Assembly (NCBI RefSeq): GCF_009914755.1
Contig: NC_060935.1
Reading direction: 5' to 3' (one strand)
Length of the DNA: 64,000 nucleotides
DNA from: the human T2T-CHM13v2.0 reference genome, Homo sapiens
Below, piece by piece: positions 12,621 to 29,560 of the stretch. The notes under the pieces were generated by a model. The model did not search any database. It was not told the DNA's origin and saw nothing but the letters and a program-made list of their open reading frames with translations. Both the position numbers and the translations under genes were made by a program. Every line of letters begins with the position of its first letter. Position 1 is the first letter of the stretch.

Positions 12621-14016
12621 AGTTAATGGCACCCATGGAGATGATGGACTGAACTGGGAACAGGAAGGGGACACTGGAGAGAGACAAACGGGAAGTGAGT
12701 GTATGTTGGAAATTACCTTTCTCATTTTTTGAAGAGAAGATATGTTGATGCACTTTAAAATTCTTGTTGATGCACTTCACAAGTTTTTAAGAAAAGTAAA
12801 TACAAATACAGGCCTTGATAACAGAAGAAATCATCAAAAGAAAAAATACTAAGTGTATAACTTTAACCAGTAGAAGGAAATTTATCTGGTGGAAGACAGA
12901 AAAGTAGAAAAGAGAAAAAAAAGTTAGTATGACAAATAGAAAATGTGAAATAAGATGGCAGAAATAAGTTCTAATATCATAGTATTTACAATAAAAGTAA
13001 AGGGTTACAATAAAATCATAGATTCTTAGACTACTGTATAACAAAATAATATTTGGCAATATGTTGTTTTCTTTATAAAATATAATTCAAACAAATAGTT
13101 TAAAATAGTCAGATGTACAGGGATAAAAATAATATAAATGTGAAAATATACCAAATGGAAACAAGGCTAGCAATTGTAATATGTGAGAAAATATACTCTA
13201 GTAAAAAATTTCCCACCAAACACAAGGGACAGAGACAAGAAGATAGTGACTATGAACATCTATGCACATAACAATATAACTTATAACTTCAAAATGCACA
13301 AACTGGTTACTAACAAATCTGAAGAGAAAGAAATCAGCAAATTTAGTTACCACTAGTTCTACCTATGTTAACAAGTGACAGAACACCCCTAGGTTCCACA
13401 TAGTTCTAGGGGTCTTATTCAGCACAATAAAACAGGTAAAAGAAAAATGAGTATGAATGTTGGAAGAAAAGAAGAAAAAGCTATCATCATTTGTGGATGA
13501 TATGATTAGGCATGAAGAATGCCAAAGAGAATCAACAAAAATTTAGAAGTTATAAGATCAACTTACAGACATCAATGGTAATAACCAACTAGAGAATACA
13601 ACAGAGAAAGAGATAGCATTCATAGGATCATCAAAGATCCTAATAGCCAAAATAGATGGAATGCTTATCAGTTATCAGGAACTAGGAGTTCTATATAAAT
13701 TTTTAAGCTTAGCATATTATTAGAATCTTATGAGATAGGTGACATCATTAGTTACATTTTACAGTCAAGGAAACTGAGACAAAGAGAGATTAAGTAATTT
13801 ACCAGAATAAATAGGTGATGGTAGAGCTAAGATTTGAACCTGGGCAATTCACTTTCACAGTCTGTGCCTGGAGCTACTACATCAGGCTATCTCAATAAAA
13901 GCAATGTATACGAATTAACCAAATAAAGAGAAAATTAAAAATCATGTTAAAGGACATAAAGGAAAAGACCTATTAAGTAGAAAGATATATCATATGAAGG
14001 AAAAGTTTAGCATTAG
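12620..14016 (+). mobile_element. Degraded L1ME ORF1/ORF2 fragments (host of the L1PA3)
   Basis: A-rich L1-like sequence (catttgtggatgatatgatt ~ FADDM); resumes after 20082. Confidence 0.55.
13650..13885 (-). mobile_element. MIR
   Basis: cattttacagtcaaggaaactgagacaaagagagattaagtaattt...gatttgaacctgggc. Confidence 0.85.
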
Positions 14017-14032
14017 AAAGATATTAATTCCT

Positions 14033-14938
14033 GGGGGAGGAGCCAAGATGGCCAAATAGGAACAGCTCCGGTCTACAGCTCCCAGCGTGAGTGACGCAGA
14101 AGACGGGTGATTTCTGCATTTCCATCTGAGGTACCGGGTTCATCTCACTAGGGAGTGCCAGACAGTGGGCACAGGTCAATGGGTGCGCGCACCATGCGCG
14201 AGCTGAAGCAGGGCGAGGCATTGCCTCACTCAGGAAGCACAAAGGTCAGGGAGTTCCCTTTCCTAGTCAAAGAAAGGGGTGAGAGATGGCACCTGGAAAA
14301 TCGGGTTACTCCCACCCGAATACTGTGCTTTTCCGATGGGCTTAAAAAACGGCGCACCAGGAGATTATATCCTGAACATGGCTCAGAGGGTCCTACGCCC
14401 ACGGAGTCTCACTGATTGCTAGCACAGCAGTCTGAGATCAAACTGCAAGGTGGCAGCGAGGCTGGGGGAGGGGCGCCTGCCATTGCCCAGGCTTGATTAG
14501 GTAAACAAAGCAGCCGGGAAGCTTGAACTGGGTGGAGCCCACCACAGCTCAAGGAGGCCTGCCTGCCTCTGTAGGCTCCACCTCTGGGGGCAGGGCACAG
14601 ACAAACAGAAAGACAGCAGTAACCTCTGCAGACTTAAATGTCCCTGTATGACAGCTTTGAAGAGAGCAGTGGTCCTCCCAGCATGCAGCTGGAGATCTGA
14701 GAATGGGCAGACTGCCTCCTCAAGTGGGTCCCTGAACCCTGACCCCCGAGCAGCCTAACTGGGAGGCACCCCCCAGCAGGGGCAGACTGACACCTCACAC
14801 GGCTGGGTACTCCAACAGACCTGCAGCTGAGGGTCCTGTCTGTTAGAAGGAAAACTAACAAACAGAAAGGACATCCATGCCAAAAACCCATCTGTACATC
14901 ACCATCATCAAAGACCAAAAGTAGATAAAACCACAAAG
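14033..14938 (+). promoter_or_regulatory. L1 5'UTR internal sense and antisense promoter; YY1 site at 14043-14053
   Basis: ccaagatggcc YY1 motif; partly CpG-decayed L1PA 5'UTR. Confidence 0.8.
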
Positions 14939-15953
14939 ATGGGGAAAAAACAGAACAGAAAAACTGGAAACTCTAAAAAGCAGAGCGCCTCTCCTCCTCC
15001 AAAGGAACACAGGTCCTCACCAGCAACGGAACAAAGCTGGACAGAGAATGACTTTGACGAGCTGAGAGAAGAAGGCTTCAGACAATCAAATTACTCCGAG
15101 CTACGGGAGGACATTCAAACCAAAGGCAAAGAAGTTGAAAACTTTGAAAAAAATTTAGAAGAATGTATAACTAGAATAACCAATACAGAGAAGTGCTTAA
15201 AGGAGCTGATGGAGCTGAAAACCAAGGCTTGAGAACTACGTGAAGAATGCAGAAGCCTCAGGAGCCGATGCGATCAACTGGAGGAAAGGGTATCAGCAAT
15301 GGAAGATGAAATGAATGAAATGAAGCGAGAAGGGAAGTTTAGAGAAAAGAATAAAAAGAAACCAAAAAAGCCTCCAAGAAATATGGGACTATGTGAAAAG
15401 ACCAAGTCTACGTCTGATTGGTGTACCTGAAAGTGACGGGGAGAATGGAACCAAGTTGGAAAACACTCTGCAGGATATTATCCAGGAGAACTTCCCCAAT
15501 CTAGCAAGGCAGGCCAACATTCAGATTCAGGAAATACAGAGAACGCCACAAAGATACTCCTCGAGAAGAGCAACTCCAAGACACATTAATTGTCATATTC
15601 ACCAAAGTTGAAATGAAGGAAAAAATGTTAAGGGCAGCCAGAGAGAAAGGTCGGGTTACCCTCAAAGGGAAGCCCATCAGACTAACAGTGGATATCTCAG
15701 CAGAAACTCTACAAGCCAGAAGAGAGTGGGGGCCAATACTCAACATTCTTAAAGAAAAGAATTTTCAACCCAGAATTTCATGTCCAGCCAAACTAAGCTT
15801 CATAAGTGAAGGAGAAATAAAATACTTTACAGACAAGCAAATGCTGAGAGATTTTGTCACCACCAGGCCTGCCCTAAAAGAGCTCCTGAAGGAAGCGCTA
15901 ACATGGAAAGGAACAACCGGTACCAGCTGCTGCAAAATCATGTCAAAATGTAA
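14939..15953 (+). pseudogene. L1 ORF1p, disabled (TGA at 15230 plus frameshifts)
   Basis: MGKKQNRKTGNSKKQSASPPPKE...KTKA*, then KRPSLRLIGVPE and MKEKMLRAAREKGRVT in other frames. Confidence 0.92.
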
Positions 15954-16001
15954 GGACCATTGAGACTAGGAAGAAACTGCATCAACTAACGAGCAAAATA
16001 A

Positions 16002-19843
<3,842 letters not shown>

Positions 19844-19898
19844 ACAATGAGATCACATGGACACAGGAAGGGGAACATCACACTCTGGGGACTGTTGT

Positions 19899-19920
19899 GG
19901 GGTGGGGGGAGGGGGGAGGG
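19899..19920 (+). other. G-rich tract in the L1 3'UTR (potential G-quadruplex)
   Basis: ggggtggggggaggggggaggg. Confidence 0.7.
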
Positions 19921-20082
19921 ATAGCATTGGGAGATTTACCTAATGCTAGATGATGAGTTAGTGGGTGCAGCGCACCAGCATGGCACATGTATACATATGT
20001 AACTAACCTGCACATTGTGCACATGTACCCTAAAACTTAAAGTATAATAATAATAAATAAATAAATAAAAAGATATTAATTC

Positions 20083-20124
20083 TCCTCTAAATAATATACA
20101 ATTTACGTGTAGTGTAAATCCTAG

Positions 20125-20156
<32 letters not shown>

Positions 20157-20450
20157 CTCATCAAACCGATTCTAAAATGTAATCACAAATCTCCAAGGCA
20201 CTTTTGAAAAGGAAAATGACATTTAGTAGGTATTACTAAATACCATAAAATAAGATATTGAAAACAGTATGATACTAATTGAGGAACAAAGCAATAGACC
20301 CATGTAGAAGAATAGAGAAAGCAAGAGAATTAATGTACATGAGCATTTAGCACATGATCAAGGTTGCTTAACAGACTGGATGAAAGACGGGTGTGTAGAT
20401 CACCGTCTGTGAAAGACTGCTTCACTATGCAAAGGAAAACCCTGGATTCC
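20083..20450 (+). mobile_element. L1ME ORF2 remnant with poly(T) at 20124-20151
   Basis: attaattctcctctaaataatatacaattt...gattctaaaatgt continues the host L1. Confidence 0.5.
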
Positions 20451-20469
20451 TGACTGGTCTTAGATCTAC

Positions 20470-20890
20470 TTAGCGGCTTACTAAATATCTACTTGCCCCC
20501 TTTTCCTTGCTGGTTGAACTTTGACATTGTTTAGGGTGTCCCTGTGAGGCTAAGTGCTTGCTTCTGCACCCTCCCTGGAAGCTTGGATTGTCCTTGAGAC
20601 AAATAGAGTTCTGACTTGTGAGAGATCAGGGAGTTCTGGGAAAAGGAGTGGATTCAGCCAATGAACTCTTTTCCTTCTTCCTCCCATGAATGTGCTCATG
20701 ATATCTGAGTTTGTGGTAACCATCTCCTGACTGTGAAATGAGAAACCTCATATCACAGGGAAAGAGCAGACCATCAAGCCACTAATAAACTCCATCAGAT
20801 ACTATCTCCAATTCCATGAGCTACCCCATACTTAGGGGAGAATCAAATATGTTCACGAGGTTCAGATAACTGCTGTGTCATTTTGCAGGA
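20470..20890 (+). mobile_element. MLT1J-like MaLR LTR
   Basis: cttgcccccttttccttgctgg...ccttcttcctcccatgaatgtgctcatgatatctgag. Confidence 0.45.
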
Positions 20891-21829
20891 GCTACTGCTG
20901 TTCTCATGGTGTCAAGCTTAGTGTCTGGAGCCCTTGAGGTCCTAAGAATGTGTGGTGGACTGTGTTGGGGTGGGAGAAAACACGTTTCTTCTCTAGTATG
21001 AGTCCTATTAAGGTGCAAAGTGCTAGCTGAGATATTTCCTTCCACCCTGGTTGACAAACAAAGCAGAGATTATAGAGAAGAATGTGTCCTATTGAAAATA
21101 AAGATAATAATTTATTGAGGGCTGAGAGATTAAAGAATGCTGTTTCTTGGTAAGAAACTCCAAGTCTACAGTCTAGAGAGGCCAGAGGGATTTGATGGCC
21201 TTTTCTGAACCACAGTTACAAGCAAGGAAGAAAGAAAAAAAAAGAGTTAGGGGAGAGGATGTTTCTGTGCCCACATGTACGCATGTACGTATCGTGTGGG
21301 GTTGAATGGTGGCTATACTGAACCCAGATCCTTTGAAAGCTAGGGAGCATAACTGAGTGCAGGGACCTTTAGCCACTTCATCTGTAGATTTCTGAAGATG
21401 AAAATTATGCAGAAATAGATCATGTCATCTGGGCTTGAAGGAACTGTTGGAAGGATGGCCTTGTGGTGCTTGCAGAGTGGAAAAGGATCCTAATAATTCC
21501 TGTGGCCCTATATGATGGAATATAGAGACTAGTGGAGGGGTTGGAGCCATAGGATTTCCTGGGTAGAGAATGGAGGTGATGTCTGCTTATCTGAATAGAA
21601 AGGGGTTGGAGTGTGTACTGATAATGGGGGTTAACAATATATGATGTTCTTTTGGGCAAAATTGGGGAGGAGGCTGAATAATCTCCTCCAAGATGAAGAG
21701 AAACCAAGATGGAGGTTAAGCTCTGCACCCCACCCCCAATATTGTAAAATAAGACCATCTTAACAACAAAGACCACAGAAAGCATGAGAGGCAGACCAAA
21801 ATTTAGGGAGCAGGGATGGGGAGGTGCCA

Positions 21830-21972
21830 TGACTCTCAGGGCTCTGGCTTGAGTAACAGAAGGAGGACAATAGGAGGTTCAATTTGGAGAAATGGCGAAA
21901 ATTCAGTTTTGAACACATTAAGTTTGAGATCCCTGTAAGACATCAAGGAGAAAGTGTTAAGAAAGCAACTGC
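21830..21972 (-). mobile_element. L2 fragment
   Basis: attcagttttgaacacattaagtttgagatccctgtaagacatcaag. Confidence 0.7.
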
Positions 21973-21979
21973 CCACCTT

Positions 21980-22420
21980 AAGGGGACTGCCAATCACATA
22001 ATTTGACTCTTCTTTCTTATCCTGCTTCTGTCTTCTTTCCTGAACAAGACAGATGACAGGGGCACTTTCTGAAGAAGGGACTCAGGTGGGAAGGTGAGGG
22101 CAGGATAACCAGTGATAAAGAGAAGGAAGGAGAAGGAGAGAGAGAGGGCAAGAGGTGTCCCAGCTTGAAACTGTGCATGGGACTTAAAAACAATATTTAC
22201 ACTTGACAGGATATTTTCTTGAATGAAATGGAGATTTTAATAAGTGGATGAAATTATAGAAATCATTGATCTGGACTAAAATTTAAATAGAAATACAATG
22301 GGAAGAAAATAAAATATGTGCTGCAGGCAGATTGAGTGCTCAAGGCCAAAAATGTACAAGTAATTTTGAGAATAAAACATTCTTCATGTTATAGCTAACT
22401 GAATTGAGAATTTTGAATTC
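21980..22420 (+). mobile_element. Ancient Gypsy-like LTR (MamGypLTR-like)
   Basis: End aataaaacattcttcatgttatagctaactgaattgagaatt resembles MamGyp LTR ends. Confidence 0.35.
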
Positions 22421-22631
22421 ACTAAACAATTATTTATTGTTGAGGCATTAGAAATAGAACAGGGTATAGTTTTTATAACAATCTTTTTCCTCATGGAGCT
22501 TACTTTCCAGTGGCCACCAAACCATTTACATAAGTGACATACTGAGGAGTGTCTGCTCATTCAGCCTGTGCCTCAGACCCTAGGGCAGCCCTATTCATGG
22601 GCCGTCCTGCAGTGATGGACTTGTTCCACAT

Positions 22632-22730
22632 CTGTGCTGTCCACTAGTCACGTGTGGCTAGCATGACCAAGAAAGTGAATGTTAAAATTTTATTTAACTC
22701 ATTTAAATCTAAACAGCCATGGATAGAGCA
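22632..22730. mobile_element. MER3 (hAT-Charlie), internally deleted
   Basis: ctgtgctgtcca...ctagtcacgtgtggcta...aattttatttaa...ggatagagcag termini. Confidence 0.7.
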
Positions 22731-23329
22731 GCTCCTGAGTTTTAGTGAAACTGCATAATCAGCTTTTTTAATGCCCCGTTACACTTTAGGACTGAGAAAC
22801 TGATCTGCGTGACCGTTCCATGGTCTCTTGAAAAATAAAGCGCCGTCTCTTTTTTCCAAACAAAGAGCTTGATAAATAGCAATTAGAGCTGCCCTATTAT
22901 TAAGGGCACTGGCATTCCTGCCAATTGCCCTGTCATGGGCAGAGAGGGTAAAGGAAAACCTCCTTCTGCTGATATGCTGCTGCCAGCATCTCAGTACCCA
23001 GCATTCAGGAACTTTGTTCTCAACAGGACACTACCTTTCAGGTCATTAATGGCTACTTGGAAATGAGTAAGTGAAATCAGTATGTCACTTACCATTTCAT
23101 ACCCAACATGTGAATTTATATTCAATATGTGGAATAATAGGAAAAATTTGTTCATTATCGCACCATAAAGCACCGGGTACCTTTGGAACTTCAAGGGCTT
23201 CTTAGCTTTGACGCAGCATGAGGTCATAGAAACAACAGTCATTCCTTGAAGAACAGAGCAGCTGTCTAGACATCGTGAACACATTTGATTTGCTCATAAA
23301 TGCGTGGGAGAAGGTCGTAGAGAATTGGA

Positions 23330-23708
23330 AGTGAGCATCTGATGGAGTTGTTCAGTGGCTTCATGGTGTCCGACCAGCATCTCTGTGACTCTTGACCATC
23401 CCTTCATGCCTGCACTGCATGGGGAGAAGATGGCTACTGGAGCTCCAGACATCATGTCCTCATTCAAAATAGGAAGGTATGGGAATGGGGAGAAAGCTTT
23501 TCCCAAGAATGTATCATTTTTCCTAGAAATGTTCTACATATGTGTCATTAGCCATAAATATGTCTGTTGCATGGGCATGCTGAGCTTCCAGGGAGGGTGG
23601 GAAAGTGAATGATTAGACTGACAATGCACACCCCACATAAAGTCAAAATTCAGTTGGTAAAGAAGAGGAGGGAATGGATACTGAGTAAGTGACTCAGTAT
23701 TTAACACA
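23330..23708 (-). mobile_element. MLT1J-like MaLR LTR
   Basis: aagatggctactggagctccagacatcatgtcctc...aagaagaggagggaatggatactgagtaag...aca. Confidence 0.7.
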
Positions 23709-24129
23709 GTAGGCCTCCCATTTAGTTTTCTTTATATAGTGAACCAGTTTTCCCAGAAGATAAAAACAATTACTAATTTTATACAATAATCTTTAAATCA
23801 CAAATCTCCCAGTCTGCGGAATTGGAATGAGACAACTGCTAGTGATAAACTCATGCTATCCTCAGAATCACTTTTTTATTTCAATAAATAGTGTTAATGG
23901 GTTGAGCTCATTTCAGCACCTGTATTCTTTCTACCCTAATACGAGTATTCTCTCAGGAGGCTCTTCAGCAATTCATGCAAATACATTTCTGTCAAACTCT
24001 TACATCAGTTTGACATACATGCTTCAACATGGCTGAGCCCCCATGGAAATTATTCAGGTGAAGAGTGGGGCAGAAGGAATGGCATCACACAAGTGTAGAA
24101 ACAGCTGAAACAGTCAAGAAATAAAAAGT

Positions 24130-24930
24130 CAATATAATAAGCTATGGAGAGATTGGCTGGAGACAGAAGAAGGGGCTGTGTCTTGCAGAGCCCTGAAGGC
24201 CAATGGTAAGGACTGGGGATTTTATTTTAGGTGTAGTAAGAAGGTGTTGAGGTGCTTAGTTCATGCACAGGGCATAACTGGTTTATAGACTTTACCAGGG
24301 CAATCGCCCGTGGGTAAAAATAACTTACATGCATTCAAATATCTTTTGTTAAGTAAGTCGTTTGTCAATTTTGATGTGTCCAATGCATTACTTTGATAAG
24401 CGTCTTCTGTACTTCACACACCTAAGAAGAAAAATGCAGCTCTGTGTATAAGAGAGGGCTTTCCATAGACTTCTCTCTTTCTTCCAACAGCACAGACTTG
24501 CAGAGTTCTCTGGCAGGTAAGCATCCTTTTCATGGGCTCTAGTTTCTCTTCTGTACTCTCATGCCATTGTGAACAGCTTCATTATCTGTGTGCTAACCAA
24601 ATACCGACACCCATCATGTCTGTTAAAGAAACCACTGGAGATTTGGGGTCTTGGAATGAATTACTTTTGATGGGCTTTTTAAAGAAAATGACTGGCTTCT
24701 GTATTAGTAATAAGATGGAGGGCACAAGAGTGGATTGGGGAAACAAGTCAGGAGTTACTTCAGGGGTCTCAGTGAGAGGTGGCTGCGTGGCTTAGCTTGG
24801 TGCTAATGGATCAAAAGAGCTGTAGCTAACTTGAGCTATATTTTGAAGATAAAGTAGAATATAGTGATGTATCGAGCTAAGGAAAGGATAGAGAAGGAAT
24901 AATCAAGTATAATTCCCATAGTTGTGGGTC
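24130..24930 (-). mobile_element. L2 fragments (24130-24290, 24690-24930)
   Basis: ggtaaggactggggattttattttagg; gagctatattttgaagataaag. Confidence 0.55.
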
Positions 24931-25729
24931 AAAAAGTAGTAGCAGAGTACTGGTCATTTATTAGTAATACTTGTTGAGTGAATGTGGAAAAAGGGGTGCC
25001 ATAGTTACAACACGTGCAATATTTAAACAGTGTTAAAACGTTTAAACCTCACACCTTATGATATTGGCTGGACGGTTTATTATTTTTTCTTCTTTACAGA
25101 TGTGGAGAACCCTCTCATAGTTCTGCTTTTGTTCATCTGGAGACTGGTCAGAGACAAAAGATGTGATGTGAAAATGGGAGGGAACAAAACCAAAGAGGCT
25201 AAGTGTATCTACAGAAAGAGCAGGAAGCAGGGGAGGTTAGAGGGAAGTGAGAAAAGCTGTGGGCTTGCTGGAGACAGCTTGGGTTGCTGGAGCCTCAGGG
25301 AAACTTGGAGCAGGGGCAGAGGGTGTTGAGCAGTGTGGCTGGAAGCCATGACTGGATCTCCTTTAAGTGGTTTGAGGAAAAGACTGCTTAATTTTATTTT
25401 TTATTTATTATTTTTTTTCAGGGAAAGGTAATTACTTCTGATAGCTGGCATATTCTGGTTTTTATGTGGTTCCAGGCAGAGGTTGAGTTCCTTAAGATTC
25501 TGACTTTAATGCTGTTTAACCAGTTTGGAGCACACAGAGGAAACGAAACCTGAGCAAAGGCTGATTTGGAAAGAAGCAGGGCAGGACTGGGGGGCAATGA
25601 AACGCAGTGGATTTGACCAAAGTCTTATTTTGAACTTTAGGGAAGACAAAGTTGGACTGGTCCATTGGATACAGGCTATGGAAGGCTTTGAAAAATTATG
25701 AATAGGAATTCATACTAGGTCAATTTTTT

Positions 25730-26450
25730 TGTGAACTATTTCTCTCTCCCACTGAAAGAAATTTTAGGAAATACGGAAAATTATTAAGATGATAGAAAAT
25801 ATTCATCATTCCATCATATAGAAAAAACTTTTCAGATTTACTGTATTTTTCCAGTCTTATATATGGGTGCATATGTATGTGTGTGTAAAAACTGTAATAT
25901 GATTCATGATTGGAATTGTACCATAAGAACCATTTTACAATCTATTTAAAGTGATCTGTGGGTGCTTTCCTGTTAAATATTTCTCACAAAATAATTTTTG
26001 GCAGCAGGACGGTATTTCAGGGGTTGGGTATACCATGAGTTATTCAAACATTTCCTCTTAGACTTTATTGTAGCTATTCTCCCACTTCCCTAGTGAATAT
26101 TATTATCTGCTACCTCTTTTTTGCCATTATGAATTCATTATAATCAACATTCCTGTACTAAGTCTGTAACTGATAAATTTTCCAGAATTAGAATTACTGA
26201 TCAAAAGTAATGGACACTTTTATGGTCACTGGTATTATTGGTAGATATTGCCAAATGGCCTTGAAGGTTTGAACTCCTTTATATTTCTTCTAGGAAATGA
26301 CTGGATTTTCTATTTCCCATTTCACTGCCTCCTCCCCAATTAACTGGGGATTAATTTTTAAAACATGAAAAATGTTATCTCATGACTTTAATTTGCAAGT
26401 CTTTGCTTATTAGTGTTTTGACAATTTTCATGTGTTTACTGGCTATTTTT
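25730..26450 (-). mobile_element. L1ME 3' fragment
   Basis: ttagaattactgatcaaaag...agatattgccaaatggcc. Confidence 0.55.
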
Positions 26451-27679
26451 CTCTTAAAAATTAAATTTTTGTTTTCAGTTTATCTTAAAAGGATAAATTC
26501 TAACTGTCTTCATCATTTAAGACAGTTTGGTCCCTAGACAGAGAGGTAACTAAATCAGTATTTCTACAATAGACCGAGAATCCATGTGGACTTCCACCCA
26601 GGAACCTATAATGCATACAGTTTGCTACTCCTCTTCTGTTCATCTTCCCAAATTTAACAATTTCTTCTGTGAAATGTAGTATTCAGAGAAAATGTGATTT
26701 TTTTCCTATTCCCTATAGTCCTTTGAGACATTCCTTCGATTGAAATTTTTTTCTCATTTTCACTGTTCCTCATACATCATTAGTAGGAACTCTTGGGTTA
26801 TGGGAGGGCGATGTATGGACTGCATATTTATTGGGCTCTAATTGTGTGTCTAAATGAACGCACCAGCCATGCAACTACAAATGTAAGTCTTAAAAATGAT
26901 AATTTGCATAATTAGCTGACAGGAAGGCCTGAGCTATTATTTAAGTTCACATATAACATTACATCGTCAGGTGTTAATTTATGCTCTGTTCTTTCCAGAA
27001 TGATTGAGCTGTTTGGGAGTTTTATTTATGACTCATGCTCAGATCTATTTTGCAGTGCTGATAATGTAGAGATAATGGGAATTTATAGTTGGCTCTGACA
27101 AGAGGCCATAAAACAAATGACTGGATGTTTTCTCTATTGCTACAGGCTCAATTTGTAAAATAAAGTACTTAATAATTGTTATTAATGAACTCACTATGGT
27201 TGGTATATAGACACAGCTGGAAATCACATCTGTTATCAGGCAGCCTGGGTGGAGTAAAGTACAGACGCTGCAGGGAACTAATAGCTACAAAAGGAAATGA
27301 CATCACAGAGCCATAGGAAGTGCCCATAGATGTTAGCTGTAGGGAGACAGAAGAGACTTAGGACAGAGATGCTTAGAGAAATGGGCTCTTTTTATTTATT
27401 TTCTTGCATATGTATCCCAATTACAAGCCAGAGTTCCAGGATTGATCCATGTATTAAATATCAGTAAAGCTTATATGCTATTTTTTAGGTAAAAGAATTA
27501 AAAGACACAAGATTCAGCTGGCCAACTTACCTTTTCTGTCTTATCTTCTGCTACTCCCCTTGAAACACTCTGTTGTTCCCTTGAAATTGTATATTTGTCT
27601 TTGTTTTTATAGACTTCTGCTTTCCTGCCTATGTGCTTTTCCTTATGTTTTTGCCTCCATTTGAGGCCACTGCTCTTAA

Positions 27680-28965
27680 ATTATTTCAAAAGAGAAAGAA
27701 CTATTCTTATTCATTCATTCACTTACTAACTTATTTGTATATGTCCCCAATCCCAAATTTCATTTTTTTAATTCATTCTTCATTGGCAATCATTCTAATG
27801 TATTTGGTATGTATCATTCATTTATATGTCATTTTAAAAAGTGTGTTTTGTTTTGTGTGTCTGTGTTTTTATTCTATGGAAATAATGGTAAGTTGTGGAT
27901 CTCATTTTGTTTCATTTACTTAGCACTGAAGTGCCAGTCATGGTGCTCTGTGAACATCTAGTTCATTCTTTCTAAATGCTTCATCAAACTCCACGTGTAT
28001 CCACCAAACTTGGTCTATCCACTTTTCCAGTTAGTGATGGACACTCGGATTGTGCTGAATCCCTATCACCATAAACAAGGCTGCAACAGACATGGCTATG
28101 TATGTCACTTGTGGACCTGTGGGAGAATTTCTTTGGTCTACACACCTGTGAGTGTAATTGCTGGGTTGTAAAATATATGTAAGCTTGACTTGACTAGGTG
28201 CCGACAGATAGATCTTGAGAATATCTGCACCATTCTTCTCCTAGCAGGAGGGTATGTAGGGTCCTCTATCCCTACACTCTACCGATAGTTGAGACTGCTT
28301 ATTTTTTACATTCTAACTAAATTAACAGGGATAAGATACTGTTTCATTACTGTTTTCATTTGCTCCTGTGATGACTAATGAATTTGAATGTCTCTTGATT
28401 TACATATTAGCTGTTGGTTTTATTGCTTATTCATATTTTTGCCCATTTTTTTCTTTTGGGTTATCTGTCTTGTTGACTTAATCCTTACATGTTTGCATAT
28501 TGCCAGTTTTGGATATTGTTGATAAAAGATTATCTCTCTTTATCCACTCTTCCTCTATTAAACAAAAACACTTAATTTTTTTAATAGAGGAAATAGTCAT
28601 TTTAAAGACAGGTTTGCCTTTGCATGTAAGCTTTTCAAGTTTTTAAAAAGAGTTATTTCTTGACTCTGCATTGCAAACATGTACTCTGACATTTTCTTCT
28701 ATTGATTTTCTATTTCATCTTTCATCAATCTCTCTGGATTTTACTTTTATATGTGATTTTAGTTAAGAATCCAATTTTATTTTCTTCCTAATGCCATAAA
28801 TAAAACAACCTCTCTTTCACCTTTGATTTTTGCTGTTATACTTCTACATTTATTGTGATTTAAATTTTCATGTATACATGATCTTTCTCTAAGTTCAATG
28901 CTTTGTTCTATTGTTCTATTTGTCCATCTGTTCTTAAATCACTACCCATTTATTTTATTACTACA
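27680..28965 (-). mobile_element. L1ME3-like 3'/ORF2 fragment
   Basis: gatggacactcggattg...gtaattgctgggttgta... Confidence 0.6.
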
Positions 28966-29560
28966 TGTTGGGATAGGAAGTCTGCCATGGGCCCTGGAAA
29001 TCCCTGAACATTCCTGCTGAGAATGCCAAACTGCAAGACTTATCTGTCTCCTGAAACTGAGCAGTTTCTGTAGCTGGTCGTACAGGCAGCCAAGTAGGTC
29101 AAGCAACCATAGTATGACTATTTGTCATTCTCTGGTGGCTGGGAGGGAGAGGGAGAGGGAGAGGAGGAGAGGAGGAGAGAAGGAGAGACTCTCCTGTTTG
29201 CTGCTTACTCTGAATGGTGCTGTACCCATCTGAGTGGGGCTGCTTGATCATTGTCTTGCATCACTTTTATCACTCCTGTTTCTAAATGTAAAATTGTAAT
29301 AATTAGTATTGATGTTTTATGTGTATGTGCCATGAATTCTCGTAAAATCCATGGGTGATTGTCCCGATTGAAAGGAGCTACTTGTAGAGAAATTATCATA
29401 GACAGTGGATCATCAACTAGTTTCCCAGTTCCTCTGTTGATGTACAACAGAAAGCAGGAAGAATTCTTGGAAGAGAAAAGGGAATCACAGTCATTGGGTC
29501 TGTAAACCCCATGGACCCTTCTGAACCATGGATATGTGCTACTGTTAACTGTGCTCATTG
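28966..29560 (+). mobile_element. ERVL-class LTR (MER54/73/74 group-like)
   Basis: Starts tgttgggataggaagtctgccatgggccc, interrupting the L1 chain. Confidence 0.45.

Noticed and set aside
13387-13413. Hairpin cccctag...ctagggg
   Set aside because: A 7-bp stem is expected by chance in 64 kb
21420-21830. 136-aa ORF
   Set aside because: No protein similarity that I recognise; lies among LTR/L2 debris
27525-27533. Perfect minus-strand donor AAG|GTAAGT
   Set aside because: No matching acceptor; adjoins L2-like sequence
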